Source: Piromyces finnis finn
Taxonomy: Eukaryota > Fungi > Neocallimastigomycota
NCBI GenBank assembly: GCA_002104945.1
Contig: MCFH01000099.1
Span: 1 to 64,000 of the forward strand
Direction: 5' to 3'
Length of the DNA stretch: 64,000 nt
Of the stretch, positions 47,322 to 61,869 are shown one piece after another (positions within the stretch are counted from its first letter, which is position 1; each line of letters opens with the position of its first letter). Below the pieces are notes generated by a model. That model did no database searches. It was not told the DNA's origin and was given only the letters and a program-made list of their open reading frames with translations. A program made the position numbers and the translations under genes.

Positions 47322-50093
47322 ATGGACATATTCAATAAAGATTTTGAAAATATAATTCAATTAATAGAAAATGATGATTTAAAATCTTTAAAAAGTTATT
47401 TAGAAAATAATAATATAAAAATTGAAAAATTTAATAATTCTTTTTTTGATATATTAATATATGCAATAGAATCACGGACATCTATTAGTATTATTGATTT
47501 TATTATTGAACAATGTTCTTATTCTAATCTTAATTATACATTTTATGATAATGGAGTACTAAAGAACAAATATAATTTTTCCTATAAACATCATATAAGT
47601 GATAATGGGTGGAAAGTTCCTTTATTTTCTGCTATTGCATTTAATAATTTTGAAATTTCAAACTTATTAATTGGGAAAAAGGCAAATATTAATTATGTTA
47701 TAAAAGAGAAAAAGCATTCCGAAAAAAATATACTACAGTATTTGGAACATATTTATTATCTTAATAAGAAAAATTTAAATTATGTATTAAATAATGGTTT
47801 TCATGTAAAAGGCATAACATTTGATTTAATGAATAAGTTAATTAGTGTAGATAATGATGGTTTTTTAGATATCATATTTAAACATTATATATTTAATAAT
47901 TCTTTCATTCTAGGTTTTCTATATTTTAATAAAAGTAGAACACCTTTATCAAAAAAACAATTAAAGCAAATTGTGTTTAAAGAAAAAAGTAAAATTAAGA
48001 TAAAAAAAAGTATGTATCAAAATGCATTTATTCTCTGTTTTGAAAGAATGGATATTATTGAATTACTTATGGAAAACGATGTTCGAGATCCGACAGCTAT
48101 ATTAAATCAAATTAATATCTATGTATTATTGGAAAATGCCCTTTTTCTTCAGTCATTAAATATGGTAAAAAGAATATTAAGTAATTCTTTTGTAAAATTT
48201 GATATTAATAAATTAGAGAATATATTTCAACATGAAATTAGAAACAATCGATACGAGAACTTGAAATACGCTCTAGAAATTCTTGAAAAGAATTGTTCTT
48301 TTAATATTAATCAATTAAATTTTGAAAAATTACTTTTACATGCAACTCATGATAATGATAATTCGTTATATATTAAGTATAAGGAGATAAAAGATGTCAA
48401 CCATAAAATTATTATATTTCTTCTTCAATTCATTTTGAAAGCACCGATTCATTGTATAGAACGTATTGATGTCTCATTATTAAAAAATAAAGGTCCTTCA
48501 TATTTATCATTAATATTAAATGCTTTAATAATTTTGCAAGAATTACCCTTGATTAAATTTCTATTGGAAAAGGATGAATTAAAAGTAGTCTTAAATATTA
48601 ATAGTCCAGATAAAAATAATAATTTCCCTATCTTTATAGCCTTATCCAAAACTTACTCAGACGAAAATTATTTGGAGAGTTTAAAAATATTCGAATATTT
48701 ATTAATAAAGGGTGCTAATTGTGCAGTGATGAAGCATGACGAAACTTTATGGTCATCCGTAATAAATGCTAGAAATTATTTTACCATTAAATGCTTATTA
48801 AAAAACTGTTGTTTAGCGCAACAAAGAAAAGATGTATTACAAGGCCAGGGATTGTTGAGAAGGCTTGAAGAAAATGAAAACTATAATGTTGATCGTACTG
48901 ACGATATTATATTAAAAATTTATGATAATTTAGATGAATGGAGACCATTAGTTTGTGCAATTTGTAATGACGATTTAAATTTGGTTCAAGATATAATTAA
49001 AGAAATGAAAATTAAGAGGTGTAATGATAAATTATTTCCCAATTTTTTAGTTATTTCTTATTTAATAGATCGTAAAGAAATTTTTAAATGGTTGATTGAA
49101 AATGTAAATATTAATGAGTGTGATCAATATGGTTGTACCATATTATTTTATGCTATTGTTAAAGGTGATTTAGAGGTAGTTCATTTTTTAATGAATGCCA
49201 ACGTCAATGTTAACGTTGTATATTATAATAAAAAACAACCCATACGAAACCATGATAAACAATGGAATGATATTTTGGATATTGGTTTTAAAAGGTATTT
49301 ATCAATGATAGGAAACATGTATAATAATAAAAAAAATGTTCATAATCAAACAATGTATAGTGCTGGAGATTTTTCTCTTCATATATCCATTTATTGTGCA
49401 AATAAAGATGTTACCTATTCATTACTTCATCATAACAATATTAATATAGATGTCTATAATGAACAGGAAGAAACTCCCTTAATATCTCTTATTAAAAATC
49501 AATATTTTACTATGGATGATAAAGTTGAAATAATAAAAGTACTTATTGCCAAAGGGGCTAATATTCAATATATTAACAAAAAAAGTAAAAAGTCGCCATT
49601 GGCCTATGCCATTCAATATCATTCTTTACCCATTATAAAGTTATTAATCGAACATGGTGCTAATTTTAATAGTAATATGATGCTTCTAGAACAAAACCAA
49701 TCTTTAATTAGGTTCACTATTTTACAAGGAGATTTTGAAATTTACAAGTATTTTGTAGATTCCATCCATAAGGATATATTTAATGATAATAATTTTATAT
49801 GTTCTCTAATGGAGACGTTTAATAAGCATAAGAATTTAGAGATCTTTAAGCATTTAATAAGAAATATGATCGATATTAATAATTTTTCATGTGACATTCT
49901 ACCAGTGATCATCTCTGTTAGTCATTTAGAATTATTAAAATTATTTGTGGAATATGGATTAGATTTAAAGGGAAAATCTAAAGATTTTGGTGAAAAAGCT
50001 CTTCAATATGCCATTAACAATGAAGTATTATCCATAGCAGAATATTTAATTGAAAATGGTGTAAATTCGTCTTATCTTTCAGAGAATATTTAA
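47322..50093 (+). CDS. Intronless ankyrin-repeat protein, 923 aa
   Basis: Ankyrin-like motifs: GCTILFYAIVKGDLEVVHFLMNANVNVN, ETPLISLI..IKVLIAKGANI, KSPLAYAIQYHSLPIIKLLIEHGAN and KALQYAINNEVLSIAEYLIENG. Confidence 0.9.
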   Translation: MDIFNKDFENIIQLIENDDLKSLKSYLENNNIKIEKFNNSFFDILIYAIESRTSISIIDFIIEQCSYSNLNYTFYDNGVLKNKYNFSYKHHISDNGWKVPLFSAIAFNNFEISNLLIGKKANINYVIKEKKHSEKNILQYLEHIYYLNKKNLNYVLNNGFHVKGITFDLMNKLISVDNDGFLDIIFKHYIFNNSFILGFLYFNKSRTPLSKKQLKQIVFKEKSKIKIKKSMYQNAFILCFERMDIIELLMENDVRDPTAILNQINIYVLLENALFLQSLNMVKRILSNSFVKFDINKLENIFQHEIRNNRYENLKYALEILEKNCSFNINQLNFEKLLLHATHDNDNSLYIKYKEIKDVNHKIIIFLLQFILKAPIHCIERIDVSLLKNKGPSYLSLILNALIILQELPLIKFLLEKDELKVVLNINSPDKNNNFPIFIALSKTYSDENYLESLKIFEYLLIKGANCAVMKHDETLWSSVINARNYFTIKCLLKNCCLAQQRKDVLQGQGLLRRLEENENYNVDRTDDIILKIYDNLDEWRPLVCAICNDDLNLVQDIIKEMKIKRCNDKLFPNFLVISYLIDRKEIFKWLIENVNINECDQYGCTILFYAIVKGDLEVVHFLMNANVNVNVVYYNKKQPIRNHDKQWNDILDIGFKRYLSMIGNMYNNKKNVHNQTMYSAGDFSLHISIYCANKDVTYSLLHHNNINIDVYNEQEETPLISLIKNQYFTMDDKVEIIKVLIAKGANIQYINKKSKKSPLAYAIQYHSLPIIKLLIEHGANFNSNMMLLEQNQSLIRFTILQGDFEIYKYFVDSIHKDIFNDNNFICSLMETFNKHKNLEIFKHLIRNMIDINNFSCDILPVIISVSHLELLKLFVEYGLDLKGKSKDFGEKALQYAINNEVLSIAEYLIENGVNSSYLSENI

Positions 50094-50492
50094 TAATATT
50101 CTTTTTGTATGTGTATATAACAAAAATCATTATTTCTTTTTTTTTATATTTATATTTCCTTTCCTTCAATTTAAAGTTAGAAATACTATCTTTTATTCTT
50201 TTGTAAATTTGAAATGATATTTAATATTATATATATTTTATATTAAATAAAAAAGATGTATAATATTAAAAAATAAAAATATTAATATATATAAAATGAA
50301 ATATATAATTAAAGATTTTGGATAGTTTTTTCAACATTTATTATTATATATATATATATATTATATTTTATTTATTTTTAATAATGTTTTAAAGATAGAA
50401 ATTATTGTTATTATTATCATGAATTTTTTTTTTTTTTAAATTTTTATTTATTTATAGTTTGTTATTATTTATTAATAAAGTATAATCAATGA

Positions 50493-52397
50493 TTATTGAG
50501 CTAATTCTAATTTTTCTAGATCCTCCGGATCTTTATCATGATTTTTAATTCTACGCCTGACAATTAAAATAATTAAAAACCATGAATATAAACAAATCCA
50601 GACAGGGAAAGGAGAAAGTATAACTGTGAATATTCCACCACTTATAAAACTTGTAAGGAACGCTATTAACATTTGAAAAATACCAAGAATACTTAAAAAT
50701 AATAATGAAATAATATGGTTTCGTTTTGATTTATGATTTAGATAGACAATAATAATGGTATTAATAAATGGTATCAGGAAAAATATCACCATATACATTC
50801 CATATTGATCAAAAGTATTAGCCCACTGACCTGAACCATATAAACCGTACAAAAATTCGCCGAAAAATCGTGAAATATGTTCACTGGTTCTAGCCATTAT
50901 ACCTATTTTTGCAGGGAGAACAAGCAAACATATCACCAATATTTGTAATGGATAAAAAATACCATTAAATGTGAAAGCTTCTATAAATGGTAATAAGATT
51001 GCTCGTTTGAAGAAACTGTTTTGTAAACTTTTTGTTTCCTTAAGAATAACATCGCCAATATATTTAGTAGGGAGAAAAGGAAGATCTGGATGATTTGGAA
51101 TGATATATTTGATGGAATAAAATCTTGGAAGTAGAATAATCAATTCGTATATAATATATTCAATACCAAATAGTATTGGAAGCTATATTTGAAAGAATTA
51201 TAATATTTATGTATAAATTCATACACCATCATAAAGAAGAAGAAGAAGAAGAAAAAAAAAAAAATAGTTAGTTTAAATTTTTTAATCTTACAAGAAAAAT
51301 TTATCAATGGATGAAAATTAAATTTATTAAAAATAAATATACTAACAGATTTAACTAAAACTGATGTTAATACAAGTTTACTAAAGAATGTTGTATTCAA
51401 ATCATCTTTTTTTCCATCATGACGAAACGTTATGGCATTTTCACCTTTTTGATTATTATTATCAATGGCCACAATTTTTAACTGATGTGACTTACCATCA
51501 TTATATAATGAACTATCCCATTTTGCAATCCAGAGTGGGGGTGTATTAAATTCATATGTGTATTTTTCATCTATGGATTGATTTTTTTCATTTCTAGAAT
51601 TAATATTTATGACATCGTTAGATCTTTTGTTCAAACTCTTATTTCCTACATATTCAAATTGTGTTGATTGAAGCTTATTATCAATATAGAAAGAAAGTTT
51701 TAAATTTTCTGAAGATTGACTACTAAATACCAAAACTCTAATGATATTTGATGCTAAAGCTTCATTAACCGGTTCTTTTGTTTTTAATATAAATTTACTA
51801 TTTTTAGGTGAAGTGATATGAACAATAGGTGGTATGTTTTGTTTAAATACCTCTGGTGGGTTATTATTTAATTCTTCTATCACAGAAGTTTTAAAATCAT
51901 ATGGTAATTTTGGCAATGGAAGTACATTATCCGTTACAGATACAATATCATTATCAACTGCAATAATACGATATTTACCATGTAATTTGAAATCGTTTAA
52001 TTCTAGTTCTAAGAAATTGTTGTGGTAAGCATACATATATTCTCCTATATATATATATATATTTAAATATTATTATAAATAAATATATTCTGTATTCTAT
52101 TATAAATTAAAGTCTAAATAAAAAAAAAATTTTTTTTTCTTCTTACCAGCAATATTATGAAAATGACCACTAAGTAATAATGAAATATCTTTGGTATAAT
52201 CTTCCCATTTTTTACCCGAAGAAGATTTTCCGAATTTTGCAGTTGTTTCAGGATAGTGTATAAATACAAAATTGTGTTTATTTTGTGGTTGTTCCTTTGC
52301 TTTGTCCATTGATTCACTAAACATATCCATTGTTATTTCATCAATAACACCAAAAAATGGATTTGTTGCTGTATATATAGGACTTTAAATTCAAAAA

Positions 52398-52457
<60 letters not shown>

Positions 52458-53463
52458 AATAATATAGGATATTGAACATTTATTTGATAGAATCGAAGAA
52501 AGAAAAATAATATTTTTTATTTTTATTTTATTCTATTTTATCTATCTATATAATTTATAATTATATTAATGACTTACCATCCATCTAAACCAATAAATGA
52601 ATAAGAGCCAAAAGACGTTTCATAATTAAATGAAAAACCTCTTGTTTTTGTTTTAGAATAATCTTTAAAATAATTGTATTGATGATTCCATTCAGGCACT
52701 AAAAAGCAGTCGTGGTTACCTCTTAAGTCCCATAAAAAAGTTCCATTATTTTTATTTAAAACACCGGTATACTCGAGAATTTTATGATACATTTTCCATT
52801 CCACTTCATGTGTTCCAAATTTTACACCTCCTAAATTTTTTGAGTTTGTTATGTCACCGGTAATAAAAAGAAAATTGGGTTCAATGATAGGTATTAACTT
52901 TTTTAAAAAGTAAAATAAATGACCTTGAGCACCTTTTGTAAAAACATCGGACATATGAATATCTGAAATCTTTATTGTTTTATATATTATATAAAGATAT
53001 TTAAATAATTTCAATTAAGAAATTTTTATTAATTATTAATGAATTTCATTTTGTTTGTTATATTAAATAGAAATAATCATCACAGTAAAGAAATATCAAC
53101 TATTTTCTCAAATATAATATGTTTAATATATTAAAATTCCTTAGCTCTAAAATACTATATTTATTTATATATTTTAAAAAAAAAACAAAGAAAATGATTT
53201 ATAATTCAAACCTGAGCAAAGTATAACAAATTATCCGGTTTAGAATATTTTAATTCTGAATTTTCTATTACATTGCTGTTATTTGAAGTGGTATCATAAA
53301 TCTTACTTATATTTGGGGAAGCATTTTTTAAGTCTTCTTTTCCAATATGAGGTTTCGTACCTTCATGTTGTGCAATAAAATGTATCGAGAAACCAATACA
53401 ATAAAATATTATTGTTATTAAAAATATCCAGTAATGTTTTAATTTTATTATAGTGTCATTCAT
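50493..53463 (-). CDS. TMEM62-like calcineurin-like metallophosphoesterase with a C-terminal multi-TM region; about 5 exons
   Basis: Metallophosphoesterase motifs (I)SDIH, ITGDIT, DLRGNHD and LLLSGHFH, an N-terminal TM anchor, and a hydrophobic C-terminal exon at 50493-51143. The start codon is tentative. Confidence 0.8.
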
Positions 53464-53745
53464 TGGTTTTATATATAATTTTTTTTTTTTTTCAGAATTA
53501 TAAAACTGATTCAAAAATGTCAATATATATATATATACTGGTTTTGTTTATATTATTATTTTATGATATTTCTATAATAATAAACTAAATAATAATTATT
53601 CATTTATTTTTTTTTTTTTTTTCAGATTAATTCCATTTTTTAAAATTTGGATTTCAAAATCTTTAAAACTATATTTTATCTGGTAACCCTTGGAAAGTGG
53701 AAAGAATAACGTGACAAATTTTAATTTAAAATATAATAAAAAAAT

Positions 53746-53948
<203 letters not shown>

Positions 53949-54189
53949 TATAAATACAATTTAACTCTATTAAAATAACTAAATTTTTAATATTCTTTTG
54001 TGGTACATCAAAGGAAAATTAAAAATCATGCTGCTGTAATTAAAATCGTTATCAAGATATATAAATATTTTCTAGTCACATTATATTTAATTTATAATTA
54101 TCAGAAAATAGTAAATAACAATTAACGAGTAAATATTACTAAGAACACGATACTATATCCATATTATTTTGAGTGAATAAAAATGATTA

Positions 54190-54222
<33 letters not shown>

Positions 54223-54509
54223 TTTTCGTATTTATATACTTTTATTTAATTATTATATTTGCAAAAATCTAATTTCTTTTATGTAGTTTATAAATAGTGA
54301 AAGAGTTATAACTTAAATAAATATAAATAATAAATAATTTACTTATGTAACAAAAAAGAATTCTTAAATAATTGAAAAAAAAAAAAAAAAATTAAACAAA
54401 AATGGATTTACGAAATCCAACTTTTTTTTTTATTCTGAAAAATAAAAATTTTCAATGTAGCAGTAGATTTCATTTAATTAGTATTTATAAAATTTATTTA
54501 TTTACGCAA

Positions 54510-55517
54510 TTAAACGGAATCTTGAATAGCTGGTTCCTTAAAAGCTCTAGAAACCTTTGAACCCATATCATCATTACCTCCGTGAAGTTCCATAAGTTTT
54601 CCGACATCGAATTTTGGAGCCTTAAGAATTTTAACCTTACGAACATAAACATTTTGTAATGGATAAATATTTTGACATTCCTTTTCAATTCTTTTACCCA
54701 TAACTTCAAGAGTTAATTTTTGAACTAATTCTTTAATATCACAGTTAGAAGCTTCCTTTTGGACAATATCAAAAATCTTCTTTCTAATTTGTCTAATTTG
54801 AGCGGTTTGGGCATAAGTAGTTTTTCTAAGTTGATTTCTACGTCTTTGAGTGAAAGCAATAACGAAGAAACGAAGAAGATAACCATCATTAGTCTTAACA
54901 TCTAAATAGGCTTCAATTAAAGATTGCCATTTCTTAACCATAGACTTTAATTTGTCGGAAGTAATGTTCATTCCATGGAAGTTTGTAAGACAGTTTTTAC
55001 CTTGGACTTCATCAACTCTAAGCTTGATCTTACGGAAGGCATCTTCTTGGTTACCAGTGAGATCAGCAACTGAAACGTCAACAACACTACCCTTAAGATA
55101 ATCAGATGAATTTTCTTTAAAAAGGATAAATAAATAATGAAAGGTTAATATAAATATATATTTTCAATTATATTTTCTTTTTTTTTTTTTTTTTTTATCC
55201 TTATCTACCCTAAAAATTAAAGTTTACTTACTTAAACCTTGAGTACGGTTAACAAGAGTCTTACCAATATCTCTGTTTTCATAGAAATTTGGAGCCTTGA
55301 TATCATACCATTCTTTTCTGGTAAATGGATCGATACTAAGTTAAAATATAATTTTAATTCACACGTTAATATTTAAAAATTTCTAAAATTGAATAACGAC
55401 TTATCAACAAAAATTATAATACATATGAAATCTTACATCTTCTTCTTGAGACCTTTTTTACCTTTAGAAAGACGCCTAATTAATTGTTACATTATAATAA
55501 CACAAATTACAAATAGA

Positions 55518-55592
<75 letters not shown>

Positions 55593-56271
55593 TTATAACT
55601 ATTTAATATTATAAAAATGGATATAATTGCATATTCATATTTATGTTCATATTTAATTAAAAATAAATTCATTAAAAAAGAAAGTTAAAAACTATTTAAA
55701 TTAAAAGTAATAATTATTATATCAAGAATAATTCTATAATTACTCTTGAAATTTATTCTAACCTATTTTCCAACACTACATAATGTTTGTAACAACTACT
55801 TAATAATTATATAAATTTCAAAAAAAAAAAAAAACTCTACAATAATTAAATTATATTATTGTGTTTAAATAATATTAAATTAATGATGGACTTTAAATAA
55901 AATAATTATATATATTTATTTTAATTCTATTAATAATTGGACTTAAAATTAAATATATAATAATTATTAGACAAAAATACTTTTTAATGTTTTAATAAAA
56001 CCATTTCTAATTTAAAAAAGAAATGAATTTCTATTAAAATAAAAGGAATTTCTGAATCAGCACCACATTATTTAAAATATAAAAAATAAAACACTTTATT
56101 ATTAATAATTCATACTCAAAAAATTTTATTCAAATAAATTATTTAATTCATTCTTTTAATATATTTCAAATATTTTATTAGCAAAAAATGAATTTGAATT
56201 ACTTTAAATATATATATTTTTTAAATTATGAGTTGAATTTTTAAAATTTACTTGTTTTTTCCAACGGCCAT
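54510..56271 (-). CDS. RPS1: 40S ribosomal protein eS1 (S1/S3a); 4 exons
   Basis: MAVGKNK|[13 protein letters not shown]|..[14 protein letters not shown]...[11 protein letters not shown]|..[11 protein letters not shown]...[23 protein letters not shown]...[11 protein letters not shown]...[22 protein letters not shown]. Confidence 0.96.
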
Positions 56272-56945
56272 TTTTTTTTTTTTTACTTTTCCTTTACAAT
56301 TAATTTAAAATAAATTATATATATAAAAAAAAAAAAAAAAAAAATTCTTTGTGTGTTTTTAAAGTAAGATGGTAAAACATAATATGATTGGTCTAGAATT
56401 AATTAGTTTGTTGGTTTTTTTCCTTATTTTTTTATATTTTTATTTATATTTTTTTCCACATTATTAATGCCTTTTAAAGAAGGTTCTTATTTTAATATTC
56501 ACAATACTTTTAAAAATAAAAGAAAAATAATAATATATAGTTTGACAAAAAAAATATATATATTATAAATTATAATATTCTTTTCATTATATATGGAATT
56601 GATTTGAAGAGTTTCAATGTTATAATTTATATATCTATATTTTTAAGAAAATATGATGATTTGTTATAGAAGAAAATGGTCAATTATTTTAATTAGTATT
56701 AATAATATTAATGAAATTATAGAAATCCTTTAATTGTAAATAATTTATTGTAAAATATTATAAGTCCAAAGAGTCTTTAGGTATATCCTTACTATTTTAT
56801 AAAATTTAAAATATTCCTATTTCATCATAACTTTTTTCTTTTTAAATATTAAAGACTGAATTTTTTGTTACTAATACATAAAATATTTCAAGTTATATGA
56901 TAAAAAATAGATTTTTTTATAAATGTTTAATTTCTTCTTTTTTTT

Positions 56946-56989
<44 letters not shown>

Positions 56990-57274
56990 AAATATATATT
57001 TAATTATTTTTATTGTTTTAAAATGTTTTTTATTATTATTTTTTCTTTTTTTTTTTTTATTATTATCAATATTTTATTATTTATATAAAATAAATACTAT
57101 TTTTTTTTTTTTTAGTTTTTTAAATATTTCTTCAAGTGTATTTAATTTTATATTTATGCTAATGCTAATTATTATTTTTTGATTCCTAAATCTAATTAAT
57201 AAATAGTTACTATAATTATTATTATTAATTATTTGATTTATTAATACACTTTTTTTTTATTATTATTACAAAAT

Positions 57275-59248
57275 TTATTTTCCATTATCAAGATTATAAA
57301 TTTGTTTTATTAAGAATGCCTTTTCTTCATTGAATTGTTCATCATCTTTTTTTTTATTTATTTTGAGGTTATTGGTATATAAAAATAAAATTAAATATTT
57401 TGTTAATATTAAATTTGTTTATTAAATAAAGATATTATATTTCATATAGAAATGATGATGGTTATGTTTACCTGAACGATCATTATGGAAGTTACGTAAA
57501 AAGGTTAAAAGCTTTTCTTTATTCTTTTGTAATATATCTAAAATTGGTGGAGTCTTATTTGGGTTGGCAACAAAGACCTTTTAATATTAAATATTTAAAA
57601 AAAAAAGTTTTATAATTAAGATTTTTTTTTAAAAAAAAAAGAAAAAAAAATTAATAAAACTTGAAATTACCTTGAATACATGGAAGGCTTCGAATTGAAT
57701 ATTTCTACTTTTATCTCTTAATAAATTCATCATTAATTTTAAGTTTTCTGCGTTTGTAATATATCTACTCATAATGTTGAAATTTGTACGATCAAGTAAT
57801 AATTCACCAAGAAGCTTTATATAGAAATATTTAAAAAAGGATAGATTAATATATTCATATATATTAAAATCGTCAATAATTCTTACTACTATTATACTAT
57901 TACACTATTATACTATTATATTATTTTACCTTTAAAGATTGTCTCTTGGTAACATAATTATTGGAAACAAGTAATTGTGTGTAGTGTTCAAAAACCTAAT
58001 AATATATATATATGTATATTTTTTTTTTAAATTTTTATATAAATAGTAAAATTTAATATTTTGGTATAAGAAAATAAATATTTATTATATTAATTTTTTA
58101 AAAGTTTATATAATATTATGTACTTGATCATAGTTAGCTTCTAAAAACTCAGCGACTAAAGCCTTATGTCTTGTCAAAAGATCCTTTATTATATTGAATA
58201 ACCATTATTATTAGTTTAAAATAATTTATTATTAAAAGTTTATATTTATTTTTTATAGTTTAACAATTTTAATTGTCTAATTACTTTAAAGGTAGCAAAT
58301 GCATCAGATGCAATATCAAAAGTTGAAAGTTCTACATAACTAAAGAATCTCCAAAAATGTTGAGAGTATAATACAATTTTAGCTAATGGTTCATGTCTTA
58401 TACATTCTCTGAGCATAATACCACAATTTAATGCGATATCTTGATTATCGTAGCTAATTATCAATAAAATAAAAAAATTTATATAATTTTATAAATATTA
58501 ATGAGATATTTTTAGTTTTTCTTTTTTTTTTTTTTATTTTCCATTTTTCTTATTGCTATTAATGATCCATACCCATTAATTAATTGAAATATTATTTCTT
58601 CCTTGTTAGCAATATATTCGACGGTTGGGGAACGTGTTCCTATTTGTCTACGTAATATATTATTGAAAATTTGAGCAACATCTTTCTTGGCCTTAAATTA
58701 TTATTATAATGATAATGACATAGACAATGAAAAACAAAAAGAATATCAAAAATAACAATTATAATATAAAAACGAGAGTTTTAATATTAATATTTTCATC
58801 TTATAATATTGACAGTTATTTAAATATTTACTTCAAATTCAAATTTTCCAATATTCTGAACAAGTAATTGTAATAAATCGTTTCCATAAACTTCTTGTGA
58901 TAATTGAACGACTAATTCTGGTACTGGGTCATTTTCTTTTTATTGTATGTAAATATAAAACATTAAATGTTGAATAATAGTTTATATCATATTCATTATT
59001 TTTATTATTATAATAATCGTAAAAACAAAAGGATATATAAAATATGAATATATTTAGAATAATAAGGAAAATATTTCGAAATCATTTAAAATAAATGAGT
59101 AAAGTATTGACTAATTTAAATAAATTAAATATTTTTATCACTTTATTTTTCGTACCTCCATCACCATAAAGAATATTTTTCATTGATACTAAATTTCTTG
59201 AAATTTCTTCATTTGACTTTTAAATTATCAATTAATATAAATAATAAG

Positions 59249-59281
<33 letters not shown>

Positions 59282-59452
59282 ATAATTAATCAATATTTAT
59301 TTCATATTGCAAAAAGGAATATATATTGAAATTTATTTATAATTTACCTTTCTTTTATCACCTCCAGAAGCCTCTAATTTGATAATTGCATCTCTTGTAT
59401 TTTTAACTAATTCTTGTGGAGTCTTAGTTTTCGTTTTGAATAAGAAACTCAT
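57275..59452 (-). CDS. HYM1: MO25/CAB39/Hym1 family scaffold protein; multi-exon
   Basis: [17 protein letters not shown]..., [72 protein letters not shown] and C-terminal [16 protein letters not shown]. Confidence 0.92.
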
Positions 59453-61249
59453 TTTGGTGAGATTTTATATACTTTTTTAAAATCTTTTTTTAATTATATA
59501 TTTGTTACATATATAAAAAAATTAGTATTATATATATAAAATAATATTTAACGTTAATACTAATGATATGGTGATTAAATAATTTATAGTTTTTATTTAT
59601 ATAGTATATAACATATAATTATATATCCATTTATAAAAAAACATAAAATAAATAGTAAAATGGTCCATCTAATATTTTTATTTTATAATTCAATTTTTTT
59701 TTTTTAATAAATTTTACTAATAAGTACTGTTTTTTTATGATGAAAAAATTAAACATTGATATATATATATCATATTCTACTATTTTTATTAGTGATTATT
59801 TTTATATTTTTTAGTATTTATATATGCATATATTGACGTTCCATATACTAATGATAAAACATCAATATTTTGAATTTGTGAATGTTATTTATTTTTAATT
59901 ATATTGTCTATATTTTAATATATTCTTCTTTTTCTTGTTGTTATTGTTGTTATTATCATTGTGACTTTTAATATTTTATTTATTGTTTAAAAGCTTGTAT
60001 TAAACAAACGTCTTTATTCATTTATTCTAATTAATATGTTGTTAAAATGGTTTTATATTTTGTAATAATTATTTTTGAAATAAATACATATATACACTAT
60101 ATATACTTTTATTTCTGATTTATATATATATAGATATTAAACATTAATAACTAGAGAATAATAAATATTTGATAATATTAATGTCTTTTTACTAATTATG
60201 CTTTTAATTTATTTTTATTATTTAAAATTTTTAAAATACTGAAAATGGTATGTATTGTATGTATTGATATTTTATATATCCTATTTTTTTTTTAAAGGTT
60301 TATAAATAGGATATTGACTTTTCATTTATATTTATATATATTTATATATATATTCACTTGTCATTTATAATATGCATTGAATATTACTTTTTTTTATAAA
60401 TTCTCTTTGGTGAAAAGACAATAGTTTTCTTAATAATAAAATTATATAATATATATTAGATATTAGAATAAGAATCTTTACTTTTATATAAAAGAAAAAA
60501 AAAAAAACCAAAGTAATTGTTTTATTATTATTAATTATTAATGAAATAATTAATGTTTTAATTACTTTTTTTTTACTTTTTTTTTATTATTCTTTTTTAT
60601 TATTATTATTATTAATATTAATATTAATATTAATATTAATTTTTTTTTTTTTTTAAAAAAATTTATTTAAAAAAAAAGTTTGGAATTCATACCTAATACT
60701 AATAATTATAATTTTGTTATATATTAAAAGTTAATGGGAATATATAAATTCAACTATACTATTTAAAATATTAACAACCTGATAATTATCTCTAAATTAT
60801 TATTTATTATACTTTATTTATAAATATAAATAAATAAAAAACTAGTTTATTTAAAAAAAAAAAAAAGACTACCCTCTTGATAATTAATCTTTAAATGGTT
60901 TCTGCAATGATTCTTATATTTATATATATTATAATATATTGTACAATTGAGTTAAAACTATAAATATAAATAAGAATAATATATGGTGTTAAAACTATAT
61001 AATATATGAGTGATAAAAATTTTAAATACAATTGTAATACTATGTATTATATGTATGATACATTCCACTAAATATGGGTATGCTATGTATATTTAGTGGA
61101 TATTCTATATAACCATACAATATATAGAATATCTTGAAAAAGTAAAAAAAAAAAAAAAAAAACTAGAATAGAATAGAACAGGTAGGTTTACTCTATACTA
61201 TTCCCCTTTACACGTGCAACTGTATTGGAAAAAAAAAGAGAGAATCATG

Positions 61250-61280
<31 letters not shown>

Positions 61281-61344
61281 TTTAATATGCTTTATTTCAT
61301 CATTGATAACTAAAAAAAAAAAATTAAAATAAAAAAAAATATTC

Positions 61345-61376
<32 letters not shown>

Positions 61377-61396
61377 TAGAATAATAATAATAATTA

Positions 61397-61447
<51 letters not shown>

Positions 61448-61869
61448 GAATACATTATATATTATTATTACAATATAAAAAAGTTGGTATATTAATATTT
61501 ATTAAGAAAAACGTTAAAATACTTAAAATTATGTTTACATTATAATTTTATGTAAAAAGTTTTTTTTTCTTTTCTTTTCAGATAATATCATCATTAGTAA
61601 AACGTAATTTAATAAAAAAGAAATTAAAGAAATAAATATATAATAATAGTAATAGTAAAATTAATATATATATATAATATGTACATCTTTAATTTTTTTT
61701 TTTTTTTTTCATTTTTTTTTTTCAATAAATATATTATAATGTTGCTTTCAAAAAAAAAAAAAAAAAAAAAAAGATATGTAATTATCTTTCTCATGAGATG
61801 ATGACTTATCCTTGTAGTGTATTTTTTACCAATTAATACATAATTTTTTTTAATAATTTTTCTTAATAA

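Noticed and set aside
55476-56251. Intronic snoRNA in the long first RPS1 intron
   Set aside because: One AT-rich hairpin is visible (~55715-55750) but no convincing C/D or H/ACA box arrangement. An Infernal scan would be needed.
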